50,780 bases of DNA from a virus (Duplodnaviria; Caudoviricetes): positions 1 through 50,780 of IMG/VR virus record IMGVR_UViG_3300027763_000081, one strand, 5' to 3'. The number at the start of each line of letters is the position of its first letter. Positions within the stretch are counted from its first letter, which is position 1. A model generated the notes under the pieces. That model saw nothing but the letters and a program-made list of their open reading frames with translations. It was not told the origin of the DNA and made no database searches. Position numbers and translations under genes: made by a program. Below are positions 1-8,432 of the stretch, one piece after another.

Positions 1-136
1 TAGTACTTGTGGCACGCTCGGCAAAGTCAAGTGCCTTCTTGGCAGTGTCATTCATAGCAAACCTTTCTGCCCTGCGGTCAGCAGGAGCTGGTGGGGAGAG
101 ACGATGCGTGGCTCCGACGAGGAGGGCATGTCTCCC
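1..136 (+). repeat. Terminal direct repeat, left copy (circular assembly overlap)
   Basis: 1-136 matches 50644-50780 except for one missing C (TGTGGCACG versus TGTCGGCACG). Confidence 0.95.
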
Positions 137-747
137 TTGAGATGAGATCGGAGGATGGCCATGTGGTCTGAGACTGCATGGATCTTGTCTGGGTCGCGGA
201 GAACTGCGGATGGATGGAAGGTGGAGAACAGATTGAATTGGATTCCTTCGACGGTGAGCGAGAGGCCTTGAGTCTTGAAAGCATCTGATTGCTTGACTGC
301 CTTGCCTGTCACCCAGCGGGTCAGGTGAGCGAGCGGATCTGCGCCGGCGCAAAGCGCGGCGCGGAACCGCGCAGCCCCGTACTTCTTCATGATCGTGATG
401 AAGTCCTTGGTCCCGTGCTCCATCCAGCAGGCGCGGTACTGCCTGCCAGTGGGGGCTTTGCCGGTGGGGGTGTAGCAGCGAGCGATGTTGCCGAGCCAGA
501 TGTCAGCGTGCTCGTTGATGCGGGAGCCGTTGATGTATGACTCGGTCAGCACCTTGCCGGACTTGCCCTGCCAGCATGCGTTGGCAATGTCCTCTTGGAA
601 TCCGGGGTTCATGCCGAGGACAAGGAGCAATGAATCGTGCTGTCCGGCATGGAGGATTCGCCAAGGTACGCCTGGGTTCTTGATCCCACCTGCGTGGAGG
701 TCACAGCGTGTGCATGTGGGCTGGGGTCCGAGGACTGAGAGTTGCAT
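52..747 (-). CDS. Uracil-DNA glycosylase superfamily protein, family 4-like (Fe-S type)
   Basis: CTRC, GMNPG (cf. GEAPG), GKSG, GNIARC, YRAC and TFHPSAVLR motifs. Confidence 0.85.
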   Translation of the reverse strand: MQLSVLGPQPTCTRCDLHAGGIKNPGVPWRILHAGQHDSLLLVLGMNPGFQEDIANACWQGKSGKVLTESYINGSRINEHADIWLGNIARCYTPTGKAPTGRQYRACWMEHGTKDFITIMKKYGAARFRAALCAGADPLAHLTRWVTGKAVKQSDAFKTQGLSLTVEGIQFNLFSTFHPSAVLRDPDKIHAVSDHMAILRSHLKGDMPSSSEPRIVSPHQLLLTAGQKGLL

Positions 748-905
748 CAGCCTTCTCCTTTGTAGAGCTGGTGGGTGAGAATGCGCTGGAGTTCTTCGAT
801 TGCGTCAGGGATCTTGGGTGGTGGGGCTGGCCTGAACCATGACTTGATGGTGTTGATGGTGCGCTTGATGAGGGATCGCTTAGTGCTTGTCGCGTGGGTC
901 TGCAT
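747..905 (-). CDS. Small hypothetical protein, 52 aa (missing from the ORF track)
   Basis: MQTHATSTKRSLIKRTINTIKSWFRP...YKGEG*; GAAGG upstream; TGATG overlap with the UDG start. Confidence 0.65.
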   Translation of the reverse strand: MQTHATSTKRSLIKRTINTIKSWFRPAPPPKIPDAIEELQRILTHQLYKGEG

Positions 906-1209
906 CGTGGTTGCCTTCGTAGTGTGGGTCGTTGACGATCTCGCGCATCTTGTCCTCGATCATCTCGTTGATCTCGGCGTCGTGATCCTTGAGTGCGATC
1001 TTCATCTGGCGTGGCATGTCCTCGCCCGATCCGAACTCCCAGTCCATCTCCGAGTTGTCATCGTGGATGGAGACGGAGAGGAGTCCGGCTGTGAAGCGCG
1101 GGACGTAGCGGTCGACGGTCTTGGTCCGCCAGATCTGGAACTCGTACTTGAGAGTGATGGTTCCGAACTCGTCGGACTCAATCTCGAACTCGATGTCCTT
1201 GGTCTTCAT
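880..1209 (-). CDS. Hypothetical acidic protein
   Basis: 109-aa ORF with ATGA overlap to the upstream gene. Confidence 0.75.
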   Translation of the reverse strand: MKTKDIEFEIESDEFGTITLKYEFQIWRTKTVDRYVPRFTAGLLSVSIHDDNSEMDWEFGSGEDMPRQMKIALKDHDAEINEMIEDKMREIVNDPHYEGNHDADPRDKH

Positions 1210-2012
1210 GCGATCTCCGCAGTGGTGTAATCGATCATGTCCATGAGCACACGGTGTGCAGTCGACATGCGGGTGGGGGTGGAAAGCGGGTTGAGCGAGA
1301 GCTTCTCAACTTCGGTGATGCCCTGCATCACGTCGCCGAAGGTAATGCCTCGTCCGTTGCGGGGGAACAGACCGCCCGGTCCGTCGATGCGGAGCACTTC
1401 GTTGCGTACCTTGCGGACATTCGACCAGGTGATTGCTTCTTCTTGGGCGAGTTGGCAGCACACGTGGTCGAGGATGATGCCTTCGTCGTTGCCGTACTGC
1501 TGGTCGAGGTAGTGCCGGTCGAGTGCGGCGGATTCCCTGAGGTACGAGTCGGCGGTACGGAGGAAGTTCATCATTGCCGAGGCGGTGATGGACGGGAGTT
1601 CACGGGCCAGGCCCGGTGTGTTCTTGCGCTTGAACTGGAAGGCATCGGTGCCAGCGAAGGCCTGGTTGTCACAGACCAGAGTCTTCTTGGACAGGATGCC
1701 ACCTGCGGGGAAGCGCTTGGTCCACGAGTTGCGGAAGCCGAGGCCGAGCGATGTGCCATCGGGGATGTCGAGCTTCTCGTGCTCGAACTCGATGAGCCCG
1801 AAGAACTCGTCGGCTCCGGTGTCTCCCTCCTTGATGCCGTAGTTCTCGGAGGTGATGGTTGCACCCATGAAGTGGAGCGTGTCGATGATGGAGGTGGCGA
1901 AGTCGTAGTGTGAGAGCGGGTGCCACGTGTCCGTGGGTGCAGGCGGTTCGATGACGGACAGGTCGGTGCGGGTTGCGGGGATTGCGCCAGCGTGGAGGTA
2001 GAGAGTTGACAT
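1206..2012 (-). CDS. DUF932-like phage/plasmid protein
   Basis: TDTWHPLSH, FFGLIEF, LGFRNSW and LVCDN motifs typical of DUF932; GAGGA RBS. Confidence 0.8.
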   Translation of the reverse strand: MSTLYLHAGAIPATRTDLSVIEPPAPTDTWHPLSHYDFATSIIDTLHFMGATITSENYGIKEGDTGADEFFGLIEFEHEKLDIPDGTSLGLGFRNSWTKRFPAGGILSKKTLVCDNQAFAGTDAFQFKRKNTPGLARELPSITASAMMNFLRTADSYLRESAALDRHYLDQQYGNDEGIILDHVCCQLAQEEAITWSNVRKVRNEVLRIDGPGGLFPRNGRGITFGDVMQGITEVEKLSLNPLSTPTRMSTAHRVLMDMIDYTTAEIA

Positions 2013-2020
2013 GTGGTTCC

Positions 2021-2368
2021 TCAGAAGGGGATCTCTTCGACGATGTGACAGTCACCGATGTTGATGACACGGATGGGCGGGTTGGTGTCCGGGCCGTAGA
2101 TGTATTCGACCTGGTTGATGTGCGTGCGGCTGTCGATGCGGCACGAGACGTTGGAGCGCCGGACTTCCTCACGGAGTTGGGCAGCGAGCGAATCCCAGTG
2201 GCGGATCGCCTGCTCCTTTCCGTACTCGTCGTCCGGGTAGTGGAAGTGCTGCTCGGTCAGGCCTGCGTAGTCCGGCTCGATGAACTGCGAGCGGATCATG
2301 GTGAGCATGGTCGGCAGGAACAAGGCTTCGATGAGGGTGTTCTTTTGGCGACGGGTGATGATGAGCAT
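2021..2368 (-). CDS. Hypothetical protein
   Basis: 115 aa, AAGGAG RBS, ends EEIPF. Confidence 0.75.
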   Translation of the reverse strand: MLIITRRQKNTLIEALFLPTMLTMIRSQFIEPDYAGLTEQHFHYPDDEYGKEQAIRHWDSLAAQLREEVRRSNVSCRIDSRTHINQVEYIYGPDTNPPIRVINIGDCHIVEEIPF

Positions 2369-2370
2369 GG

Positions 2371-2985
2371 TTACTCCTTGATGGTGCTGCCGCAGTAGAC
2401 CCAGGTCTGGGTGGTCTCGTCGACCGTCACGCCACGAGAGTGGGTGATGATGCGGTCGATGCGGTATGCGCTGACGATGCGGGTGCGGACGGAGTCTGGG
2501 GTGGTGCGCCCGAAGCCATTGACGATGGCCTCGAGGATGGGTTGCGAGTCTGCGGCAGCGTCGACTGCGGTCTCAGGCTGGGGCTGCGCATGCTGTGGCT
2601 GGCGCAACTTGCCTGCTGACATGGACAAGCCCTCGGCACGGAGGATCATCTCCCATGCCTTGTGTTGGGCCATGCGGATCGTGTGCTCGTGCCAGTCGAC
2701 CTGACCTGCACGGTTGGTGGGGTAGAGAGGGCCACCGATGTGCTCGTCGAGCTGCTCGTAGATGGTGCGCATCTGGCGTCCGTCATCGGTGATCCCGTGT
2801 GCGTCGAGTTCCTGCGTGGAGTCGAAGTCGTCGATGGCCTTGCCGTCCTCGTCCTCTTTGCAGAGGTGGACGGACAGGGTCTCGGAGACGTCGGCCTCCC
2901 ATCGGTTCTGACGGACGAAGGAGGATGACATGGGCAGGTGCGCTGCCATGGTCTCGAGGAGGATGGTGTCGTGAATGTCGGTCAT
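2371..2985 (-). CDS. Hypothetical protein
   Basis: Start moved to ATG 2985 after an AGAAAGGA RBS. Confidence 0.75.
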   Translation of the reverse strand: MTDIHDTILLETMAAHLPMSSSFVRQNRWEADVSETLSVHLCKEDEDGKAIDDFDSTQELDAHGITDDGRQMRTIYEQLDEHIGGPLYPTNRAGQVDWHEHTIRMAQHKAWEMILRAEGLSMSAGKLRQPQHAQPQPETAVDAAADSQPILEAIVNGFGRTTPDSVRTRIVSAYRIDRIITHSRGVTVDETTQTWVYCGSTIKE

Positions 2986-3089
2986 TGTGTCCTTTCTGCT
3001 TTCTGCTTCAGTCATGGGTGAGATACGCGCTCAGCAGGTGGGGCTGTCACTTCGGACTGGCCCCACCTGTAGAGCGGATGGGTTGTTGG

Positions 3090-3692
3090 TTAGCGCTTGA
3101 CTGCGGTCAGGTTGCGCTTGGGCTGGCGCTCCTGTTCCGCGGACTCAGTGACGGGCTCGCGCACGTTGTCCAGGCTGATCGCCTGAGCAGCGTTGCCCTT
3201 CTCGTTGCGCAGGTTGAAGTACTGCTTGCCGTCCTTCTTCGAGGTGTTCCACTCGAAGTAGCCAGTGAAGTTGAGGCCAGCCAGCCCATCGGTCAGGTTG
3301 ACCAGGCTCGTGATGGCAGCGACGAACGCGTCGTCCTGAGCCGTGGTGAACGCAACCTTGGCTGCAGCCACCGTGCTCAGGAACTGCTTGCCCGAGTCAG
3401 GCTTCGCCGCGTTCAGCAGGCTGGCGATGGTCGCCACCGATGCGTAGTTGCGAGCGAAGTTGACGTTGTCGTCAGACATCTGGGGCTCACAGCGCACGGA
3501 CATCTGCTTGCTGATGCCGTTGTTGCCGTGCACGGTGTAGTTCACGTAGAGAGCCATGTCGTTCTCCTTGTCGGAGAAGACGACCTTGGTCACGGTGAAC
3601 CCGTACCGGCCGGTCGGCATGCGGTCCGAGTTGATGACGTTCTCGGCGTTGCGGAGGCGAGCGGCGGCGAGGTTGTTGAGAGCGATCTTCAT
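3090..3692 (-). CDS. Putative OB-fold / DUF669-like ssDNA-binding protein
   Basis: MPTGRYGFTVTKV N-terminal strand and KDGKQYFNL C-terminal strand, a DUF669-like pattern. Confidence 0.45.
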   Translation of the reverse strand: MKIALNNLAAARLRNAENVINSDRMPTGRYGFTVTKVVFSDKENDMALYVNYTVHGNNGISKQMSVRCEPQMSDDNVNFARNYASVATIASLLNAAKPDSGKQFLSTVAAAKVAFTTAQDDAFVAAITSLVNLTDGLAGLNFTGYFEWNTSKKDGKQYFNLRNEKGNAAQAISLDNVREPVTESAEQERQPKRNLTAVKR

Positions 3693-3816
3693 GAGGGTTC
3701 CAATCCTTCTTCTGCTTATTGCAGATTCGTAATGTGAAAGTAACTACGTCAGCAGCACGCGCTGCGGACGCCCCGTCCCGCAGCGCAGTGCTGCGGTTGT
3801 GGTCTGTGTGGCCTGG

Positions 3817-4023
3817 TCAGGCCTTGGTGTTCATCTTGTCGAGGAACTTAAGCGCTGCGTTCAGGTGGTGCAATGAGTACCTGAGGTTTTCCTCAGCAAG
3901 CATCTTGCCTGAAGCGGTGTTGAAGTTGGTGTTCTTGATGATTGAACGGATGGTGAGCTCCAGCGCGTTGGTGCGCTGGGTGCACTGTGCAATCATCTCG
4001 AGGTTGGTGTCTGGGTCTGCCAT
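3817..4023 (-). CDS. Hypothetical helical protein
   Basis: MADPDTNLEM start after AAAGGA; alternative start at 4101. Confidence 0.65.
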   Translation of the reverse strand: MADPDTNLEMIAQCTQRTNALELTIRSIIKNTNFNTASGKMLAEENLRYSLHHLNAALKFLDKMNTKA

Positions 4024-4192
4024 GTCATTCCTTTGGGATGAGGCGGGGAGTGCGAGGAGCCGCCCGAAGGACGGCGACGAGCACGACCGCCGATCAGTCA
4101 TTTCCTTTGTGAGTGTGATGGGCGCCGGCGGGGGCGCAACGCGCATCCCCCGCCGGCGCCGTTCATGTCGAGTGCCACCGGATAGTTGGCAC

Positions 4193-4243
4193 TCAGCGAA
4201 TCTTCTCGCGCTTCTCTTCCATGATGTCGAGGATGTCGTACAT
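4193..4243 (-). CDS. Putative 16-aa peptide MYDILDIMEEKREKIR
   Basis: Strong GAAAGGAGA RBS upstream of the ATG. Confidence 0.45.
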   Translation of the reverse strand: MYDILDIMEEKREKIR

Positions 4244-4259
4244 GGGCGTGTCTCCTTTC

Positions 4260-4508
4260 TCAGTCAGGGGTGCGGTCGGGTGCGTTCTCGTGGGCGAGTT
4301 CGTCGAGTGCGTCGAACGCGCTGTAGAGTTCATCGGCTGCCTCGAAGATGCCAGAGATGGCATTGGCGAGGTCATCCTGTTGGTCTTCGGGTGCTATCCT
4401 CTGGATGTCGGTTGCCAGGGTTCGCACGGCGTTAACCGTATTCATTGCTTTCTTGACTTCTTGAAGCAGTCCGATCAGTCCTTGGTAGTTTGCGTATGGC
4501 TTGGCCAT
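4260..4508 (-). CDS. Hypothetical helical-hairpin protein, 82 aa
   Basis: MAKPYANYQG start after AAAGGA; the 271-aa upstream extension overlaps another gene. Confidence 0.7.
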   Translation of the reverse strand: MAKPYANYQGLIGLLQEVKKAMNTVNAVRTLATDIQRIAPEDQQDDLANAISGIFEAADELYSAFDALDELAHENAPDRTPD

Positions 4509-4600
4509 TTCGTTCCTTTGTGCCAGCGTCCGGCTGGTTCGGTTGTCCTGAGTGGACGAGAGCGCCCACCAGGTCGCATCTGGTGGGGTGACTCGACGAC

Positions 4601-4975
4601 TCAGTCCTGCATGGCGTTGTAGTCCTCGTCGGGCATGGAGTCTTCCTCCTTCTGCCTGAGGCGCTCGAGTTCCTGTTCCTGCGTCACCGGACCCTTGGGC
4701 TTGGGGACGAAGGTGTCGCGGGAGCCGTGCGGCTCGTCGTCGACGGGGTTGCCCGCCTTGTCGAAGTCGGCCATCCTGCGTGCGATGGCCTTGAGTTCGG
4801 TCAGGGCGAGTGACGCCTTGCTGTAGTAGCTCTGTAATTCCAGGAGTTCCTTGGCGTTGATGTGTCCACCGATTGCCATTGATGCAATCTGATCTTCGAC
4901 TGTGCAGTCGGAGACGACCTTGGTGGCCTCGATGTGCAGGTACAAGCAGCGGAATTCCTTTGTTCTCTTGGTCAT
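4601..4975 (-). CDS. Hypothetical protein
   Basis: 124 aa, GAAGGA RBS. Confidence 0.75.
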   Translation of the reverse strand: MTKRTKEFRCLYLHIEATKVVSDCTVEDQIASMAIGGHINAKELLELQSYYSKASLALTELKAIARRMADFDKAGNPVDDEPHGSRDTFVPKPKGPVTQEQELERLRQKEEDSMPDEDYNAMQD

Positions 4976-5071
4976 GTAGTGTCCTTCTGCCCTGGTGGGC
5001 GTGGTGTGTCGTTCTCACGACGAGTGGGAACGGAATCCCCCTCCCCGGTGAAGGGGAGGAGTGATCCGCGC

Positions 5072-5425
5072 TCACGCGCAGTCGTAGCCCCAGTCGCGGC
5101 GGCCGTAGCGCTCGATCTCGATGAACTTCATGGTGCAGGTGACCGACTTGCCGGCCTCGAGGGCCTTGGTCACCGCGTTGCGGACTGCAACCGTGAAGTA
5201 CAGACGCTTGAACGAGCAGTCGTACGACTTGTCCTCAACCTTGAAGTGGACGCGCAGGTACTCGTGCTTCACGCCATTGGCGAGGTACACGTCCTGCGTC
5301 AGTCCCGTGAGCGTGGCCTCGAACGTCCCAGTGGGCATGTCGAACCCAGCGGTGTTCGTCTTCACGCCACCCTTCTTGGAGGAGAGGAGCGAGTTGAGGC
5401 TGACGGAATTGTTGCTGTTGGCCAT
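5072..5425 (-). CDS. Putative small OB-fold/SSB-like protein
   Basis: MANSNN start after GAAAGG; MPTGTFEATLTGL resembles the 3090-3692 motif; beta-rich. Confidence 0.5.
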   Translation of the reverse strand: MANSNNSVSLNSLLSSKKGGVKTNTAGFDMPTGTFEATLTGLTQDVYLANGVKHEYLRVHFKVEDKSYDCSFKRLYFTVAVRNAVTKALEAGKSVTCTMKFIEIERYGRRDWGYDCA

Positions 5426-5429
5426 TGTG

Positions 5430-5890
5430 GACCAACCTTTCTGCCCAGTACGGGCGTTGTTGCCACTGTGATGTGCACGCACTAGCACGCGCTAGATGTC
5501 GTACACAGCATCGAGGCAGGACGTGGCAAGTCTCGCCTCGTGCGTGTGAGCGGGAGATGCTCACTTACATAGACGTAAGTGAGTGATCCCAATCACAGGC
5601 GAGAGACTTCTCGCTACTGCGTGACTGATAACGTCGCGCATTCCCCGTCGCGCACAAGTCCAACGGACCCTACCCCCGGTAGGCCCCCTGTCAGGGGGTT
5701 GATAAAGCAGGGGAAAGATGCTCCCCCTCTCAAATTTTCATTTTTCCCTACCGGGTCTTCCGGCCATTTCCCTTTTCTTATATATATTTCTCTCTACGTA
5801 GAGAAAGGAAAGGTTGGTATCCTCGGTACGGCACCGGTCCCCAAGACGAACAACCCCCCTGGGGTTTTTCGGACACCCAGGGGGGCAGGA
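5430..5890. other. Structured non-coding region: candidate origin, genome terminus or ncRNA
   Basis: Many stems and palindromes plus a TATATATA tract between the helicase and the first early gene. Confidence 0.6.
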
Positions 5891-5897
5891 TTGGAGC

Positions 5898-7298
5898 TCA
5901 GTGTTCGTCGTTCTGCGTCCTGCTCAGACTCAGCCCGACGATTCCCCGTTCGTGGCCTTGACTTTCAGGAAGCCGGGTCTGCCTCAGTCCCCAACTGGAC
6001 TCCTGACAGATCCTCACAAACAGCATGTTAGCCGGGACGTGCAGCCGGATTCTATTGGATTCCAGCCAGTCTTCCCACTGCTCCCTCAGGACTTCATTGG
6101 CCACGAACCCATCCTTCCTCTGCACAAACCGCGCATGGAGGAACGAGTCGAACGGGTTGTTCTGCAGGTGGTACAGCCGGACCGCATCTTGAGCTGCAGC
6201 CGGGATGGGCCACCGCTCGTTGATCTCCGACCCAAGCAGCCGCTGCGCACCACGTGCGGCCCACATGGCAATCCCCTGCATCTCGGCCTCCAACTTGTCC
6301 TCGAGGTACAGATCCTCCTTGCCCTCAAAGCTGACCTCAAAGGGCAGTACCAGCATCTTGCCGCTCAGGCCCCTACCCTTATTGGGCAGCACGGGGATCT
6401 CGTTGCTCTGCAACATGGGGGCCGCATTCACAATGACGTTCCGCTGCTGCCGCTGGTGCTTCACATTCACCGTCAGCGGATCCTGGCCTACGATGTTCTT
6501 GAGCACTCGGCAGACCCGTTCACCCGCTTTGGAGTCCACCTCATTAACCTCGTTGATGGCCAGCACCTTGCTGCGCTCCAGGCCATCCATTCCGAACTCA
6601 CCGCTCAGGTCCTCGAGGCTGCTGCTCATAAACGCCGCCCGCCCGATCAGCTTCCGCATAATCGTGGTGATCGTGCCCTTGCCGCCACGGATCTTGCCGT
6701 ACATCAACATCCACCGGGCGTACCGGCGGGTCCCCAGCAGGCAGTACCCCATCCACCTGGACAGCAACTCTGCCCACACCGGATCCCCGTCACCCCACTC
6801 CTTGACGGCCTGCTCCCAACGGGGGCACGCAAACTCCTCCGAGAAGTTGACCGGCAGCACCGCCGGATCGAACCAGTTCTTTGGGCGCTGCATGGTCTTC
6901 CCGGTCTCCGCGTTGAACAGCATGTCCGCAAACGCAATCGTGGTGTGCGGCGAGAAGTCACCCAGCGGCTTGCCAATCCAGCACGGCACGACCTCCGCGT
7001 CAATGCGGACCAGCGCCTCAAGCGCACGGGCAACTCCGTCAATCTTCTGCTTGTCCGGGCTATAACGCTCCAGGGCCACACCATTTCTGGTGGGCTTCTC
7101 CCAGACGGCATCCTCTAGGCAGACCCAGATCAGGTCCTTCAGGCGCTCATCGTCAAGCACGGCCCAGCGCTGTTCGCGCCAGACCCACCAGTCGTTCCGC
7201 CAACGGTACACCCCAGAATCCCGGAACTTCTCTTGCATCACGCGACGTGCAACCTTCGTCGGCTCAACCGAGTTGAGCGGGTCTTGTCTCCAATCCAT
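5898..7298 (-). CDS. D5/P4-type superfamily 3 helicase without a primase domain
   Basis: CPRWEQ, WMGYCL, Walker A GKIRGGKG, Walker B-like AINEV, motif C MLQSNEIP, VLPF. Confidence 0.9.
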   Translation of the reverse strand: MDWRQDPLNSVEPTKVARRVMQEKFRDSGVYRWRNDWWVWREQRWAVLDDERLKDLIWVCLEDAVWEKPTRNGVALERYSPDKQKIDGVARALEALVRIDAEVVPCWIGKPLGDFSPHTTIAFADMLFNAETGKTMQRPKNWFDPAVLPVNFSEEFACPRWEQAVKEWGDGDPVWAELLSRWMGYCLLGTRRYARWMLMYGKIRGGKGTITTIMRKLIGRAAFMSSSLEDLSGEFGMDGLERSKVLAINEVNEVDSKAGERVCRVLKNIVGQDPLTVNVKHQRQQRNVIVNAAPMLQSNEIPVLPNKGRGLSGKMLVLPFEVSFEGKEDLYLEDKLEAEMQGIAMWAARGAQRLLGSEINERWPIPAAAQDAVRLYHLQNNPFDSFLHARFVQRKDGFVANEVLREQWEDWLESNRIRLHVPANMLFVRICQESSWGLRQTRLPESQGHERGIVGLSLSRTQNDEH

Positions 7299-7376
7299 GT
7301 TGTCTCCTCTGAGAAATGAGCTCGAAGCCCAGCCCTACATTGTACCATGATCCACGACACCCTACAAGGAGATCGC

Positions 7377-8432
7377 ATGGGAAACGACCCAAATCAATGG
7401 CTTCGTGATCGCGGACTCGGACAGTTCATCCCGCCGCAAGTCTCATCCATGTCGCAGGCTGGAAACGCAGGCATGAACGCCAAGCGTGCCGGTTACTACG
7501 CCAACACTCCGTCCAAGCGATACATCCCCGACAACCTCAAGCAGGACATCGACAAGCCTGGCTTTGACGCGCACGCCAAGAACCCCGCTGGAATGACGCC
7601 CGAGCAGAAGTCAGCATGGATGGCGCAGCACGGCGACTCCGCAATGCCGAGTTCCACATACACCGGCAAGCCCGCAAAGAAGCAGGCAGCCGCTGTTGTT
7701 CCTCCTCCCGGTGTCACTCTGGCACAGCACCTCGACGGCATCAAGCCAGCACCAGTTGCAAAGCCCACGGTTACCGTTGGGTCGCCAGTTCTTGGTGGCA
7801 AGACACCTCCCGGCGTTTCTGCAATTCTTGGAGCCGCTACCGGAGCTACCGGATCGGCTCCTAAGTTCCCGACGGCACCTTCATATCAGGGTCCAACCGA
7901 AAAAGACATTCAGGCTGGCCGCAAGGCAGCACAAGATCGCATCGCTGGTTACGAACGACTAGCAAAGGACTGGACGGATGCTTCTCCTGAAGAACGGGAA
8001 GCAATTACCAGAGGCATGTCCTTCAATGAAACTGCAGATTTTGCCGAGGCAATTAAGGATGAAAGCCGACGTCGTTACGGCGAAGCCGTAGACAAGGCTC
8101 ACTCGCAACGCGATGCTGCTGATGTGGTGATGCGGGCAACGCAAGAAGCTCGTTCACAGCGTGACCGCGAGTTCAGAAAGCGCATGATTGAGCGTGATGC
8201 CGAAATTACAAGGCTTTCCGGTGAAGCCCGCGCCGCATATCGAAACTCAGAACAAAACACTCGCGACCGCCAGTTTGAATCAGACAAGAGGTTTAGTGAA
8301 GCAATGGCCGAATCGCCGCTGTCTAAGGTGTTCAGCCGTAAGAACCCGTTTGGTGCTGGCGTCAGCAAACTTGGCCGCTGGTTCTCATCGCGTCCTGGTA
8401 TGCAGGACATCCTCCCGTACACGACCGAATGA
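7377..8432 (+). CDS. Hypothetical Pro/Ala-rich and coiled-coil protein
   Basis: ATG 7377 after AAGGAG; first gene of the plus-strand operon. Confidence 0.8.
   Translation: MGNDPNQWLRDRGLGQFIPPQVSSMSQAGNAGMNAKRAGYYANTPSKRYIPDNLKQDIDKPGFDAHAKNPAGMTPEQKSAWMAQHGDSAMPSSTYTGKPAKKQAAAVVPPPGVTLAQHLDGIKPAPVAKPTVTVGSPVLGGKTPPGVSAILGAATGATGSAPKFPTAPSYQGPTEKDIQAGRKAAQDRIAGYERLAKDWTDASPEEREAITRGMSFNETADFAEAIKDESRRRYGEAVDKAHSQRDAADVVMRATQEARSQRDREFRKRMIERDAEITRLSGEARAAYRNSEQNTRDRQFESDKRFSEAMAESPLSKVFSRKNPFGAGVSKLGRWFSSRPGMQDILPYTTE

Noticed and set aside
4509-5075. N-terminal extension making a 271-aa ORF
   Set aside because: Overlaps the better-supported 4601-4975 gene; RBS supports a start at 4508.
5814-7118. 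434-aa plus-strand ORF
   Set aside because: Antisense shadow of the helicase.
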